A stretch of DNA of 64,000 nucleotides from assembly GCA_043228905.1 (NCBI GenBank), contig JBHGNT010000018.1, positions 9,362,001 through 9,426,000 of the forward strand, written 5' to 3'. The notes beneath the pieces were generated by a model. That model made no database searches. It had not been told where the DNA came from and worked only from the letters and a program-made list of their open reading frames with translations. The DNA comes from Azolla caroliniana (Eukaryota; Plantae; Polypodiophyta). Positions 24,267-38,093 of this stretch are shown piece by piece; positions within the stretch are counted from its first letter, which is position 1, and every line of letters begins with the position of its first letter. The position numbers were made by a program, and so were the translations under genes.

Positions 24267-26274
24267 TGATGCGAAAGATATATGTATTATATGAAGGAAG
24301 ATATACAACAGTAGTTAGAAGGCTTAAGACTGGCGTTGAACCGATTTGGTTCGAACTAATGCCTTGCGCCTCCTTTTATAGTGTCTTCAGGAATACTCCT
24401 GAAGTTTCTAGAATGTTCCAGAGAAATCTGGAATATACATCAATTTCCCAATAAAACCTAAATGAAAATAATATCCTTCAAATTAAAATTCATAACCTAA
24501 TGGTAAAGTCTCGACCCGTGTAACAAAAGGTTATGGGTTCGAGTCTAGTTATGACAAGGAGGGTGCTTTATATATAGTCACCCTCTCTCTTCATTAACTA
24601 ACTACAACAACCACCCTCTCTCTTGGGGAATGTGAAGACTCATAGTCATGGGGAATATGTAACTCCAGAGTTATGTGTCATAGAATATGATTCTATGACA
24701 CATAGTTAATGTGTATGTGTCATAGAATATGATTCTATGACACATAGTTAATGTGCAGAGAGTTGTGGTGTGACTCTTGACCTTTGAGTAATCATAGATT
24801 CTCAAAAGGTGTGTTCACACATTGCACTATGTTAAGCTTGATTCTCAACATTCCGTCATGAAGGTGTCAAACTTCTTGTACCATTGGCGTGAAACTTGCT
24901 TTAGACCATACAAGCTTTTCTTCAATCGATACAACAGGTTCTCTTTCCCTTTCTCCTCAAAGCCTTCGGGCTAGTGCGTGTAGATATCTTCATCTAGCTC
25001 CCCATGCAAGAATGTCCTCTTAACATCAAACTGTTCGATCTCTAGGTCCATGCTGGCAGTTATGCTCACAACAGTTCGGATAGATGTCATCTTCACGACT
25101 GGTGCAAATATCTCGTCGAAGTTGACACCCTTTTTCTATTGGAACCCCTTCACCACTATGCGGGCTTTATACCTTGGCGTGTTGTCAGCTTCTCCAGTCT
25201 TCACCTTATAGACCCATTTGTTCGTGAGTGCTCTCTTACCTTTCAACAATTCTACCAGGTCGTAGGTGTAGTTTTCATGCAAGGAGTCCATCTCGACTTG
25301 CATTCCACTCGACCATCTTTCTTTGTGCTTGTCGGCAATGGCTTCATCATAGCACTCTCGTTCACGTTCATCAGTCAAGAGGATGTGTTGACTGGCATAT
25401 GTTGTCGGCATTCTTCTCTCTCTTAGAGGATATCTCCATCCATTCGTCGTTGGCTCCGATTTGGATGTCTTGCCAACTCTTCTCTTGGCTTGGGTTCATT
25501 CATGTCGATTGGTTGTCGGATGTCCACTGAATCCAATTCGTATTCTTCAATCGACTTCAATAGCTCCATCGACTCCGACTCATAGGTCGATTTCTCTGAG
25601 TCGACGGACTCTGATTCAGCTCTTCCATCTAGGTATCTCCGAATAGCTGACTGTGTCAGTTGAGCTAGTCTTAAGGTGGTAGTTGAGGGCGACTGGGGAG
25701 TCGATTACAACTTCTGTTTCTTCCAGTCCTCAATTGTTTTGTCTTCCAAGAAAACTACATCCCAACTTCTTATCGGCTAAGTCCCATAGCCTGTAGCTGA
25801 ACTCATTCTCTGAGTATCCCATAAATATGCATGGTTTGGAGTTACGGTCGAGCTTCGACCTCTGATCCTTTGCAACATGCATATACACTAAGCATCCGAA
25901 CACCCTCAAGTGTTGGTAGGAAACATCCTTTCCTATCCACACCCTTTGTGGGACATCACATGTCAATGGTACTGAGGGGAACCTGTTGATCAGGTAAACA
26001 ACTGTATACATCGCCTCAGCCCAATAGGATTTTGGTAGTTTAGCATGAGAGAGCATCCTCCTTACTCTCTCCATGATTGTTCGATTCATCCTCTCTGCAA
26101 GCCCGTTCAACTCAGGGATTTTGACACTATGTATTCGATTCGAATACCTTAGGCCTTCCAGTATTCCTCAAAATGCCCTCTATATTTGCCACCATTGTCG
26201 GTTCAAACTGCCTTCAACTTCCGACCCGACTCCCGTTCACCTCTTGCATGGAACTCCTTGAAATACGACATTAC

Positions 26275-29200
26275 TGTTAGGAAACAGGTCCCTCCGGATG
26301 GTGAAGACCCGGTGAGAACCAGATGAAGAGTACCCGGCTACGGAGAGCCGGATGGTGCAAACCCGGTGAGAACCGGATGAAGAGACATATTCGTAAATAT
26401 GTTTCTGAGAGTCCATTGTGGCTATATTTGCAAATAGCCGAAAAGTCATATTAGTATAAATATGACTTAGGGCAAACTTTATTGTGTTGATGTTATTCTT
26501 GTTGGCGCAAGATTAGAGCGTGCAATTGTGTACAGAGAGAGTGAGAGAGAGGAAGAGGTCGTTGCCTCTGATTGTAACCGCCGCCTGTGGCGAAGATAGC
26601 AAGCTCGAGATCGTGGCCTCGGTGCTTTCTTATTGTACATTCTAACATAGTGATAGTTTGCGGTCTATGGGTTGCCGTGGTTTTTCCCGAGTTTGGGTTT
26701 TCCACGAAAACATCCTTTGTACTCGTCTCTCTATCGTGTTGTGTTTCATTCCCTGTTTTTTGTGTTTTATTCTAGGCTCGGTTGTGGCCGAGTGTTGTTC
26801 AAGGGAGCGTGTAGTTCCTGTCAAAGTGGTATCAAAGCGAAACGACACAAAAAATGGACGATTCGTTGGGAGGCATGTTCAAGCTCACCGGCTCCAACTA
26901 TTCGGTGTGGAAGTCAAAGATGAGGGACATGCTCGTGGTTAAATATCTTTGGTTGTCAGTTCAGTTCAGGGACAAGAGACCGGACAAAATCGACGCCACG
27001 ATATGGGAGGTGATGCACATGAAGACAACGGCGTACATACGGTGCTTCATCGACATGAGCCTATACAACAACTTCAATGAAGAGAGCAAGCCTGATGAGC
27101 TCTAGGAGAAGATCAACATTATGTTTCAAAACAAGAATGTTGTTAATCAGGTTTCGGTATTCCGGAAGCTAGTAAGCCTCCGGTACCAAGATGGGTCCAA
27201 CATGGCGGAGCACATGACTGCCTTCCAGGGGCTGATCCACCAGGCAACATCATTGGAAGTACCTCTTCCCGATGAGGTAATAGCGCTACTCCTGCTCGGT
27301 TCCCTCCCGGATAGCTGGGAGACGTTCGTTGTCACTTTGGGCAACGCCGGGCCGGAAGGGAAACGGTTATCCCTAGCAAGAGCGAAGCCGAGCTTGCTAG
27401 ATGAGGAGGCACGTCGGAAAGATAAAGATACGAGCTCCGACTCCAAAGCGCTCCTTACCGAATCGGAACGCGGAAGACAAAGAAACCGTAGTCCCCAGAA
27501 CCGGGAAAAGTCGGGGACGCGGTCAAAGTCAAGCGGGAGGCCTACTTGCTTCTATTGTGGCAAGCCAGGACACTTCCAGAAGAACTATCGGCATTTCCGA
27601 AAAGACAAGGAAACCGACGGTATTGATTTGAAGCGGACACCGGAACGGAACGGTAAAGACCGGAGGGGGCCAGACCGTAATGGAACGACGACAATCGCGG
27701 CAAGTGAAGAAGAGTTGATGCTTATCACCGAGGAGAGTGAGATAAACCTTTCTGGCGACGAGATGAACTAGGTGGTCGACTCCGGAGCGTCGTTCCACCT
27801 TACCCCGGACCGGAAATGCTTCTCATCCTACTCAGCCGGTGATCACGGCTGTGTCCGGATGGGGAATGAAGGTACATGCCGAATTGTCGGCATAGGAGAC
27901 GTGTGGTTGACAACGCCAACCGGATGCAAGCTGATGCTGAAGGATGTCCGACACGTTCCGGAGGTTCGTCTGAACCTGATATCAGCTGGTCGGCTAGATA
28001 ATGAAGGCTACACGGGTAGCATCCGGAACGGTGTTATGAAGTTCAGCAAAGGGAGCCTGATTGTGGCTCAGGCCCGAAAGGTAAACACACTGTACCTGAT
28101 GAATGCCCGGTTATGTCCGGAGGAAGTGAACGTGGCATCCGACACTGCCGGTGAGCTGTGGCACAAGAGGTTGTGTCACATGAGCGAGAAAGGGATGAAG
28201 AGGCTTGCAGACGACAACCTCATTCCAATGAAGAACGTGCACTTGGAGAAGTGCATTGATTGTCTAGCCCGAAAGCAAAATCGGACCTCCTTCCGATCGA
28301 GGCCACCGATGAGACGTAATGCACCACTAGAATTGGTGCATACTGATGTGTGTCAAGTGGACACGAAGTCACATGCAGGATCACAGTACTTCGTAACGTT
28401 CATAGATGACCACAGTCAGAAGTTGTGGGCCACACTGTTGAAGATGAAGGATCAGGTGCTATCCGTCTTCAAAGAGCTCCACACGAGAGTGGAAAGAGAA
28501 ATTGGCCGGAAGCTGAAGGCGGTTCGAGCAGATAACGGAGGTGAACACCGGGGTAGTTCGAGGAGTACTGTCGCTCGAAGGGAATCCGGCTCAAATTTAC
28601 CGTGCCAAAGACGCCATAACTAAACGGGCTGGCCGAGAAGATGAACCGGACCATGATGGAGAGGGTCCGGAGTATGCTAGAGCATGCAAAACTACCCAAG
28701 ACGTTTTGGGCTGAGGCGTTGTCGACAGCGACATATGTGATAAACAGATCACCCTCAGTACCCTTGGATGGAGACACGCCATAGAGAGTCTGGACCGGTA
28801 AGGAAGTGTCCTACCGGCATCTAAAGGTATTCGGGTGTCTTGCGTATGTGCATGTAGCTAAGGACCGGAGAGGAAAACTAGATCCGAAGACCCGGCCATG
28901 CATATTCCTCGGTTACGGCAACGATGAGTTCGGCTACCGAGTGTGGGACTTGGTCGACAAGAAGGTATTCTGGAGTCGAGATATTATCTTTATGGAGGAC
29001 AAGACGCTCGCCGACTGGGAGTCGGAGAAGAAGATAATGAACTCCGAGTCGACCGGTAAGGATCGATTCTACGATGAGCAGTCCCAACCGGCAAGAGGCC
29101 GGTTAGCACTCGAGGAACCGGCCAGTTACGGTGAGGATACCGAATCGGCAGAAGAAAAAGTAGAGGAAGCTGAAACCGGAACCGGCCAAGATCCCGAATC

Positions 29201-30918
29201 GGATTCGGATGAAGAGCAAATGGAGGAGCCGATTACCGAAGCCCAAAGACGGAGATATCCTCTCAGAGAGAGAAGGGTCCCCCGGAGATTTCCGGATGTA
29301 GAGCATGTGTTGCTAACCAATGAGGGGGAGCCAGAAAGCTTCGTAGAGGCGAAGGATGACACCCACAACCGCAAATGGTTAAGTGCCATGCAGGATGAGA
29401 TGGATTCCCTGCATGAGAACCATACGTACGAATTGATGGAGTTGCCGAAAGGAAAGCGGGCACTCCGAAATAAGTGGGTGTACAAGTTGAAACCGGGAGT
29501 TAGAAACCGGGATCGACACTTCTGGCAAACTACAGGTTATCCGATAAGCAAAGCCCGAAGACGAAAGCAGAGAAGGCTGATATGATGAAGGTTCCATATG
29601 CCTCTGTCGTCGGGAGCTTGATGTACGCAATGGTGTGTACCCGACCGGATATAGGCTACGCAGTTGGAGTGGTGAGCCGGTTTATGAGCAATCCCGGCAA
29701 GGAGCACTGGAACGCGGTAAAATGGATACTCTGGTACTTAAAGGGCACTTCGAATATGTGTCTCTGATTCGGCTCTGGAAAACCTCAACTTGACGGTTTT
29801 ACCGATTCGGACATGTCGGCTGATGTGGATACCAGCCGGTCTACATCCGGGTATGTAATGACATATGTAGGGGGAGCTGTTTCGTGGCAATCGAGGCTAC
29901 AGAAGACGGTTGCGTTGTCAACCACGGAGGCGGAGTACATGGCGGCTGTGGAAGCCGGCAAGGAAATATTATGGATGAAGGACTTCATCAGAGAGCTCAG
30001 TATCCGGCAAGATGAATACTGGCTCTATTGCGACAGTCAAAGTGCCATCCACCTTGCTAAGAATGCGACCTACCATTCCCGGACGAAGCATATCCAGCGT
30101 AGGTATCACTGGATCCGGGAAATAGTAGATGACCAGGAGTTCGCGATGACGAAGGTCAACACGGCCGAGAACAGGTCAGATATACTAACCAAAGTACTGA
30201 TACCCGACAAGCTGGATGCATGCCGGAAGAGGATCGGACTAGTAAGACATCCCATGCCGGAGTGAAGGGGGAGTTTGTTAGGAAACAGGTCCCTCCGGAT
30301 GGTGAAGACCCGGTGAGAACCAGATGAAGAGTACCCAGCTACGGAGAGCCGGATGGTGCAAACCCGGTGAGAACTGGATGAAGAGTACCCGGCTACGGAG
30401 AGCCAGATGGTGCAGACCCGGTGAGAACCAGATGACGAGTACCCGGAAACTGAAGACCCGTTGAGAACCGGATGAAGAGACATATTCGTAAATATGTTTC
30501 TGAGAGTCCATCCTGGCTATATTTGTAAATAGCCGAAAAGTCATATTAGTATAAATATGACTTAGGGCAAACTTTATTGTGTTGTTGTTATTCTTGTTGG
30601 CGCAAGATTAGAGCGTGCAACTGTGTACAGAGAGAGTGAGAGAGAGGAAGAGGTCGTTGCCTCTGATTGTCACCGCCGCTTGTGGCGAAGATAGCAAGCT
30701 CGAGGTCGTGGCCTCGGTGCTTTCTTATTGTACATTCTGACATAGTGATAGTTTGCGGTTTGTGGGGTGCCGTGGTTTTTCCCGAGTTTGGGTTTTCCAC
30801 GTAAACATCCTGTGTACTCGTCTCTCTATCGTGTTGTGTTTCACTCCCTGTTTTTTGTGTTTTATTCTACGCTCGGTTGTGGCCGAGCATTGTTCAATGG
30901 AGCATGTAGTTCCTGTCA
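26275..30918 (+). mobile_element. Copia element C3 with RT largely deleted, TSD ATTAC
   Basis: LTRs 26275-26823 and 30276-30918. PBS TGGTATCAAAGCG at 26827. PPT GGAGTGAAGGGGGAG. Gag/PR/INT at 26854-29490 jump to the RT C-terminus and RH at 29500-30265. ATTAC at 26270-26274 and 30919-30923. Confidence 0.92.
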
Positions 30919-30945
30919 ATTACTTGATCTTTTGACTTTAGTACG

Positions 30946-33931
30946 TGTTGAGCGGCAAGCTCAACTGGACCCGGATCGGCTGAATAAGCCTGAGCCGGCA
31001 AGCGAGACGGATCGGTAAGGCGGCAAGCAACAGAGCCGGTGAGCACGGGAGCCGGATAGCCGGATCCAATTGGTAACCGGAAGCCTAGTATTAGTTTAGA
31101 CTACTAGGCAGTTATAGTCTCGTAGTAAGTGTTAGATGCTCATGTGAGTATTGAAGTACGCGTTACTTCTGTTAGTCCCACAAGGACTTGTATAAATAGT
31201 CCTACTGAGCACAGTTGTAGATATAGAGTGATCATATCGTTTTGAATATGGTTTTCTACGTTCTGCTCTCTCTCTATCTCTCCCGTGTACTCTGTGTATT
31301 CCCTACCTTCTCTGTTTTCTAACTCTTCCACAAGTAATCGTTTACATCGTATCAGAGTGCGAGGGTTGAGAACCTCTACATCCGACAAACACTTGAAAGC
31401 AAACCCTAACAGGTCATAAAACAGTAGACAGAGAAGTGATGGATAGAGGGATGGCTAGCTCGCTTCCTGTGGAGAAACTCGACAAATCCAACTATCCATC
31501 TTGGTCGTATAAGATGCACCAGTACCTGCTTGGGCATGTCTACTGGAGTTTCGTTGAAGGAGCCAACGAAACAACACCTGATGCCGCACATAAGGACTTC
31601 CCAGTGTGGGAACAATCGGCAAGCAGAGTGATGTACTGCTTCGCGTCCAGTGTCGGAGACCAGCTGTTGAGCCACATCCGAGATGCCAAGACGCCGAAGG
31701 AGGCTTGGGGGAACCTAGAGAAGTTCTTCGCCACGAGCACTATAGCCCGGAAGCTACAACTCCGATAGGAGTTGAGCAATGTCCGACAGAAGGACATGTC
31801 GGTGTCGGATTACACAGCCCGGATCAAAGAGATCTGTGACTCGCTTGCCTCTATCAACATTACCGTAGAGGAAGACGAGATGGTACAGGTCTGTCTTGGG
31901 GGCCTTGCGTCTATGTTCAGAGAGTTCCGAACGGCGGAGTGTACAAGGGAGAATACGCCATCATTTTTCGACTTACAGTCGATGCTCCTTGTAGAGGAGA
32001 ACCACGCCAGTGCGTCAACTAGCGCACCCACTGACAGCCGGATGCTGTACACGGAGGCCGATTGGTCCTGTGGGCGTGGTGGACGAGGCGGGTCATCACA
32101 CAATGGAGGTTGCTGGCAAGAGGAAGAACGAAGGCACAGAGAACGTGCCGACAGCAGTTCCGGGACTCCCATAGGCAGGAGTAGTCATGGCGACACCGGA
32201 AGACGCCAAGAGAAGTCAGCAACGGAATGTTGGTACTGTGGCAAAAAGTGCCACAGAGAAATCGAGTGCTGGAGAAAACGAGCCGATTCGGACAAATCCG
32301 GATCTGTCAAGGCCGGCAAGGATGGCCAACAAAGCTCGCACTACGCGAAGGGATCGGGAGGATCCAAGAACGATAACGGGCCAGCCTTGGTGATGAAGCA
32401 CGAGGCGAACTCGATGAAGAAGACCACTTCCAAATCAGAGGAAGTGTGGTCTGTTGATTCCGGTGCGTCGAACCACATGACAAGCGACAAAGATAGGTTC
32501 TCCTTTTTGGAAAAACTGGATCAACCAGGAGTAGTCGAAACCGGAGACGACACTCCTCACCCAATCGTGCACGTCGGAGAAGTCCCTTTGAGCCACATCG
32601 GACAAAAGGGGAAGCTGATGAACGTATTACACATTCCGACAATCATGAAGAACCTGGTGTTGGTCTCGGATTGAGGTCCTGACCCCGATTCTGGTCTACT
32701 GAGACAACATGAGCAACATACAACTCACCAAGAACCCCGTATTCCATGCTCGCACAAAGCACATAGAAGTGCATTGTCACTTTGTGCGTGAGCATGTATA
32801 GAGCGGTGAGGTCGAACTTCGGTATGTTCACACGGATCGGCTGGTTGCCGACATCTTCACCAAACCGCTCGGATCAGACAAGTTGCAGCACTTCACCGAT
32901 ATGCTTGGTGTTCAGCATCTCGACGTGCCACACTTGAGGGGGAGAACGGGCAAAGACACCAGAACGACTGCCGATTGCGCCGGTGAGGGAAGAACTGACG
33001 AAGGGAGAGTCAAGAATAAGAAAGGAGCCGAGTCGACAAGGGAAGTCGACACGTCCGAACAAGTCGGAACAAGCGGCAACAACGGCAGAGTCAAGAAGGA
33101 TAAAGCCAACCGAAGGAAGAAGTCCAAGACCCCCCTGGAACCAGAAGACGAATTGGGAGCAACCGATTCGGACAAGAGCTGGAACGAATCGGAGATAGTT
33201 GATTCGGTTCAACAGACAAATTCGGAAGAACCGAATCAATTCAAGGCCAAGAGGACGAGATGGTAGCGAAAGTCAACGCCAACACGAAGGAATCGGCGAA
33301 CCGGAACGCGCCGAAGTCACAGCACCAAGGGATCTGAATTGGGCCTGTTGAGCAGACAAGCCGACTGAGGAGGTTGAGGTGCGCAGAACAAGAGGGGTCG
33401 CGGCAAACAAAACCGGACCGGACGAGGAGCGCGAGCAAGATGGAACGACGCCAGGAGAAGTCGGTTGGAAGAACCGACTGCCACAGAGGCTGACACTAGG
33501 ATCCAACCTCAAGTTGAGCTTGAGGGGGAGTGTTGACCGGCAAGCTCAAGTGGAGCCGGATCGGGTGAATAAGCCTGAGCCGGCAAGCGAGACGGATCGG
33601 TAAGCTGGCAAGCAACAAAGCCGGTGAGCTGGGGAGCCGGTTAGCCAGATCCAATCGGTAACCAGAAGCCTAGTATTAGTTTAGACTACTAGGCAGTTAT
33701 AGTCTCGTAGTAAGTGTTAGATGCTCGTGTGAGCATTGAAGTATGCAGTACTTCTGTCAGTCCCATGAGGACTTGTATAAATAGTGCTACTGAGCACAGT
33801 TGTAGATATAGAGTGATCATATCATTTTGAATATGGTTTTCTACGTTCTACTCTCTCTCTGTCTCTCCCGTGTACTTTGTGTATTTCCTACCTTCTCTTG
33901 TTTCTAACGCTTCCGCAAGTAATCGTTTACA
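30946..33931 (+). mobile_element. Internally deleted Copia element C4 (Bryco-like): gag-PR joined to the RNase H end, TSD GTACG
   Basis: LTRs 30946-31346 and 33531-33931. PBS TCGTATCAGAG at 31347. PPT TTGAGGGGGAG. Gag KLDKSNYPSW, CWYCGKKCH and DSGASNHM, followed directly by [15 protein letters not shown] on both flanks. Confidence 0.9.
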
Positions 33932-35052
33932 GTACGAAAACCCACAACTTCCGACTAGAGTTATCAATGAAGGTCACAAAGTATTGTCCGCGTCAATGTG
34001 ACGGAGCATCTACATAGCACACATTCGTGTACTAGTTCCAGTGGCAGTTTTCTCTTCTTCATGATGGTCTTGAGTGGAATGTTGCTATGTTCTGCTTTCC
34101 AATTAAGCAATCGACTCACTTCTCCGGGTGCACTCCCTTTACTTCTGGCAGAAGTTTATGGTCAGCTAACAGATGCAGACCCTTCTCACTCATCTGGCCT
34201 AGCATCTTATGCCATAACTCTCCACTCGAGTCAGCTGCCACATTCACTTTCGACTTGCACAGTCGGGCATGCATCATGGATAGTGTGCTTTCTTTTTGTG
34301 CTCTGGCCACTATAAGGTTTCCAGGGCAAAACTTCCACTTGCCATTACGAAAACCACTATAGTCTTTGTCGTCCATCTTTCCATTCGATATTAGATTTAA
34401 TTTGATATCGGGGACGTGTCGAACATTCTTTAGAGTCAGTCGACACCCTGTCGAAGTTGTCAAGCAAACACTTCCAACTCCATCTACCTTGCACTCTCTA
34501 TTATCACCCATCTTTACGCAGCCATGATCACCGGATGTGTAAGTCGAGAAATACTCTCTCGACGGAGTTATATGGAAATATGCACCGGAGTCGATCACCG
34601 AAGTGCATTCGAAGGGTTGCAAGATTTTCACTTGCCTGTTCACAAATGATAAGGAGTTCTTCATCGCTCGTAGAAATGGCCAAAGTTCTCTTTTCATCAG
34701 GAATCTTCCTGGGTTTGACATTATTACTGACACTCTTTTCCTTCTTAAGATTTCGGCAGTCCTTCTGGAAATGTTTAGGCTTTCCACAATAAAAGAATGT
34801 TAGTTTACCTCTAGACTTCGATCTAGCATGGGACTTTTCTCTCCTTGGTGGACTCCTTTGTCGGTTCCTTCCTTTGTCTAAATGTTGTGACACATTCACA
34901 TCTGAATGAGTCAGGACACCCTTGTCCTTCCTTCTCGCTTCCTCATTCAGGATGCTTGTCTTCATCACTTGTAAAGACAAGTTCTCTTCTTAGTAGGAGG
35001 TGCTGAGAGTAACCACTAGGTTATCCCAACTATCCGGCAATGTGCACATCAG

Positions 35053-35570
35053 TGTAGGAAATAGCGTGGAATATTGCTCAGCCACAACCGAGTCTTGAAT
35101 CCTTTTGATGAGAATCAAACACCGAAATGGGATGTAGGGAGTGAACGCACATACACACACAAACAACGATAGAGAACACGGGATGTTTACATGGAAAACC
35201 CTAAATAGGGAAAAACCACAGGAGCCCACAGACTCCAAACTATCACTATATGAGAAACATACAATCAGAGACTCGGAGGCAACAACCTCAAGCTCTATGC
35301 CTTCGCCAAGCAGTGGTTACAACAAAGTATCGCTCTGTGTCTACACACACACACTCTCTCTCTCTCTCTCTCGCACTCTATACAATATGGTCTCAACAAC
35401 AATTGACAACGACTCTCTACCACATTAAAGTGATTGCCTTAAGTCATATTTATACTTATATGTCTTTTAGGCTATCTACAAATATAGCCTCAGTGGGCTT
35501 ACTCTAACATATATACAATATATGTCCTTGGATCCGGTTTGCACTGGATTCACTCGATCCGGTTTCCGGG
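35053..35570 (-). mobile_element. Copia LTR fragment related to the C3/C6 LTRs
   Basis: Starts TGTAGG. Its reverse complement matches the C3 LTR blocks (CTCGGTTGTGGC, GGGTTTTCCA). Confidence 0.65.
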
Positions 35571-37990
35571 TCCTTCCACCCAGCTCCTTCTAGCGTCGTT
35601 CCGCCTTGTTCACGCTCCTCTTCCGGTTCGGTTCCACTTCCCGCGACCCGTCTGGTACTGCGCACCTCGACCTCCTTGGTGCTTGTCTCCTCAACAGGCC
35701 CATTTCAGCTCCTTCGTTGTTATGACTCTAGTGCTTGTCGATCCATCGGTTCCTCCGTGTCAGTGTGGACTTCCGTTGCCTTCTCGTCCGGTTGGCCTTT
35801 AGTTGATCCAGCTTCTCCGAATCTTGAACCGAATCAGCTTCCTCTGATTCATTCCAGCTCTTGTCCGAGTTGGTAGTCTCCAACTCGTCTTCCGCTTTTA
35901 GGCCCTTCACCACATTGGACCACGTCCGGGTCTTGGCCTTCTTTCAGTTGGCTCTATCCTTCTTGACTCTGCCACCGCCGCCGCTTGCTCCGACTTGTTC
36001 GGATGTGCCAACTCCTTTGGTCAACTCGGCTTCCTTTTTCTTCTTATCTCCCCCCTTGGTTCTTCCTTCCTCTCCGGCTCCTTGTCTGGTGCCATTCATT
36101 CCCGTTCCTGTTCTCTCCCTCAAGTGCAGCATATCAAGATGTTGAATACCGAGCATCTCCGAAAAATGCTACAACTTGTCCGACCGAGCATGTTGGTGAA
36201 GATGTCGGCAACGTATCGATCCGTGTGAACATACCGAAGTTCAACTTCACCGCTCAAGACCCGCTCATGACCCGCTTACAAAAAAAGTGATAATGCACTT
36301 CTATGTGCTTTGTCCGAGCATGGAATACAGGGTCTTGGCGAGTTGTATGCTGCTTATGTTATCGCAGTAGATTAGGATCGGGGTTGGTACCTCGATCCGC
36401 AGGTCTTGTAGCAATTGCCAAAGCCAGATGGCTTCACAGGTGGCAACGGTAGCGCCCCGATATTTAGCCTCAGTGCTCATTGTTGGCTACTTTTTGCTGC
36501 TCCATGCAATAGCCACACTACCAAGGGAAAACATGTAACCGAAGGTGGATCGGCAATCCGATGCATCATCAGCCCAGTCGGCATGTGTGTATCCAACTAA
36601 CTCTTTAGTTATACCATGTCGGTATAATAGTCCCCGATCCTTCGTGCCGCTCAGATACTGCAATATTCGATGCGCGCACTGAAGGTGCTCCACAATTGGC
36701 TTCTGCATGAATTGGTTGATCACTCCAACCGGATAACTGGTGTCGGATCAGGTGATCATCAAGTATATGAGGCTTCCGACAATTTTTCGGAACCGTTTCT
36801 CATCACAAGCCAGTCCGGAGTTGGGACGAAGCTTCAGGTTCTGGTCTAGGGGTGTGGAGATCAGTCAGCATTCTGTCATGCCGAACTTGTACAGCATATT
36901 CAACACATAATGGCATTGTGAGAGAAATATGCCGTCGGGGGTCTGGATCACCTCGATCCCAAGAAAATAATGAAGGTCCCCCAGGTCCTTCATTTCAAAT
37001 GCGTCCGACATCTGGGACTTCACTCGGCCGATTTCAACGAGTCCGGGTCCGGTGATGACTAAATTATCTACATATAGTAGGATACAAACCGGGCATTTTG
37101 AACTGTTCTGGATGAAAAGTAACGAGTCAGACTTTGAGGCCGCAAACCCCATCTTACGCAACTGGTGCGTGATCTTCACATTCCAAGCCCGGGGGGCTTG
37201 CTTCAAACCGTAAAGCAACTTCTTGAGTCGGCACATTGCCGACTTGTTCATCTCTTATTGGAAACCGGGGGGTTGGATCATATAGACCTGTTCTTCAAGT
37301 TCACCTTGAAGAAATGCATTCTTCACGTCCATTTGGTGAAGATGCCACCCCCTTGCCACAGCAACCGCCAATACTACACGAACCGTTGTCATCTTCGCTA
37401 TCGGAGCGAAGGTCTCGTCATAGTCGATTCTTTAAGTCTGCGCGTGTATCCCTTCGCCACTAATCGGGCCTTGTGCCAGGTAACCGAACCGTCGGCATTG
37501 TACTTTACCTTGTACACCCACTTACATTGGATCGGTTTACAATGTCGGGGAGGGTCAACAAGGTCCCATGTGTCGTTGGCATCGAGTGCCCGCATTTCTT
37601 CCTCCATAGCGGCACGCCAATTTGCTTCCTTTGCCGCTTCTGCGTAGCTCTCCGGCTCACACACTTCCGCCATCTTGGTCATGTATGCATTGTGATGCGC
37701 CATGTACTCGTTGTACGTGTACCGCTGGACGGGGTTCTTCTGGAGGATTGAGCGGCGTAACTTTTCGTTAGCCGGTTTGAGGCCCTTCTTGGCCGGTTCG
37801 AACTTTCTTTCTAAAGATCCGCCTTCTTCCTTTCCAAGGTCAGATCCGCTCCGATCCGACTCTTCACTTCCGGTGTCGTATTCCGGCATCTTCTTCTTCC
37901 CCTTCTCTTTGCACGTGAACCGTCTCCTCGGTTCCTTGCGCGGGGAGAGCATGGTAGAGTCTCCACTACTCGTCGGTTCTTCATCCGACT
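35570..37990 (-). mobile_element. Copia C5 3' half (RT, RNase H, 3' extension), same family as C4
   Basis: ORFs 37398..37952 (WVYKVK), 36865..37251 (YVDN) and 36487..36723 (DWA), plus a 3' region homologous to 32900-33480. Confidence 0.85.
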
Positions 37991-38093
37991 ATGTAAGATT
38001 TATTTTCTTCTTGTTTTGACATTTCCTTTTTACAAGAAATATTGTATACTTAGAAGCTTGACAAGTTTGATGTTCGCTTTCCTCTAACACATT

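Larger units (their letters stand above)
18784..24556 (-). mobile_element. Near-intact chromoviral Ty3/Gypsy element (Tcn1-like), TSD AGGAG
   Basis: LTRs 18784-19258 and 24086-24556 are almost identical (TGTCAGG...TATGACA). AGGAG at 18779-18783 and 24557-24561. PPT ATCCCCCCTT after 19258. Confidence 0.95.
14526..24850 (-). mobile_element. Copia element C2 (Bryco-like), inserted in C1 RT; its 5' LTR is split by the Tcn1-like element
   Basis: LTRs 14526-14990 and 18564-18783 + 24562-24850. TSD TTCCA/TTCCG. PBS GCTCTGATACAA at 18552-18563. PPT CGCCCCCTCAAG. Gag (KLDRNNFASW), GAG-pre-INT (LWHKRIG), RT (QMDVKNAFL) and RH ([13 protein letters not shown]) fragments. Most of the integrase core is missing. 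Confidence 0.85.
5818..35052 (-). mobile_element. Outer degenerate Ty1/Copia element (C1) hosting at least five nested insertions
   Basis: The 3' LTR 5818-13447 is split at ACGT. PPT TCCCCCTTCACTCC at ~13455. RH/RT fragments at 13398-14525 (YVDD) rejoin across insertions at 24851-26274 (RT/INT), 30924-30945 and 33937-35052 (GAG-pre-INT, protease DSGA, zinc knuckle). Confidence 0.75.
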
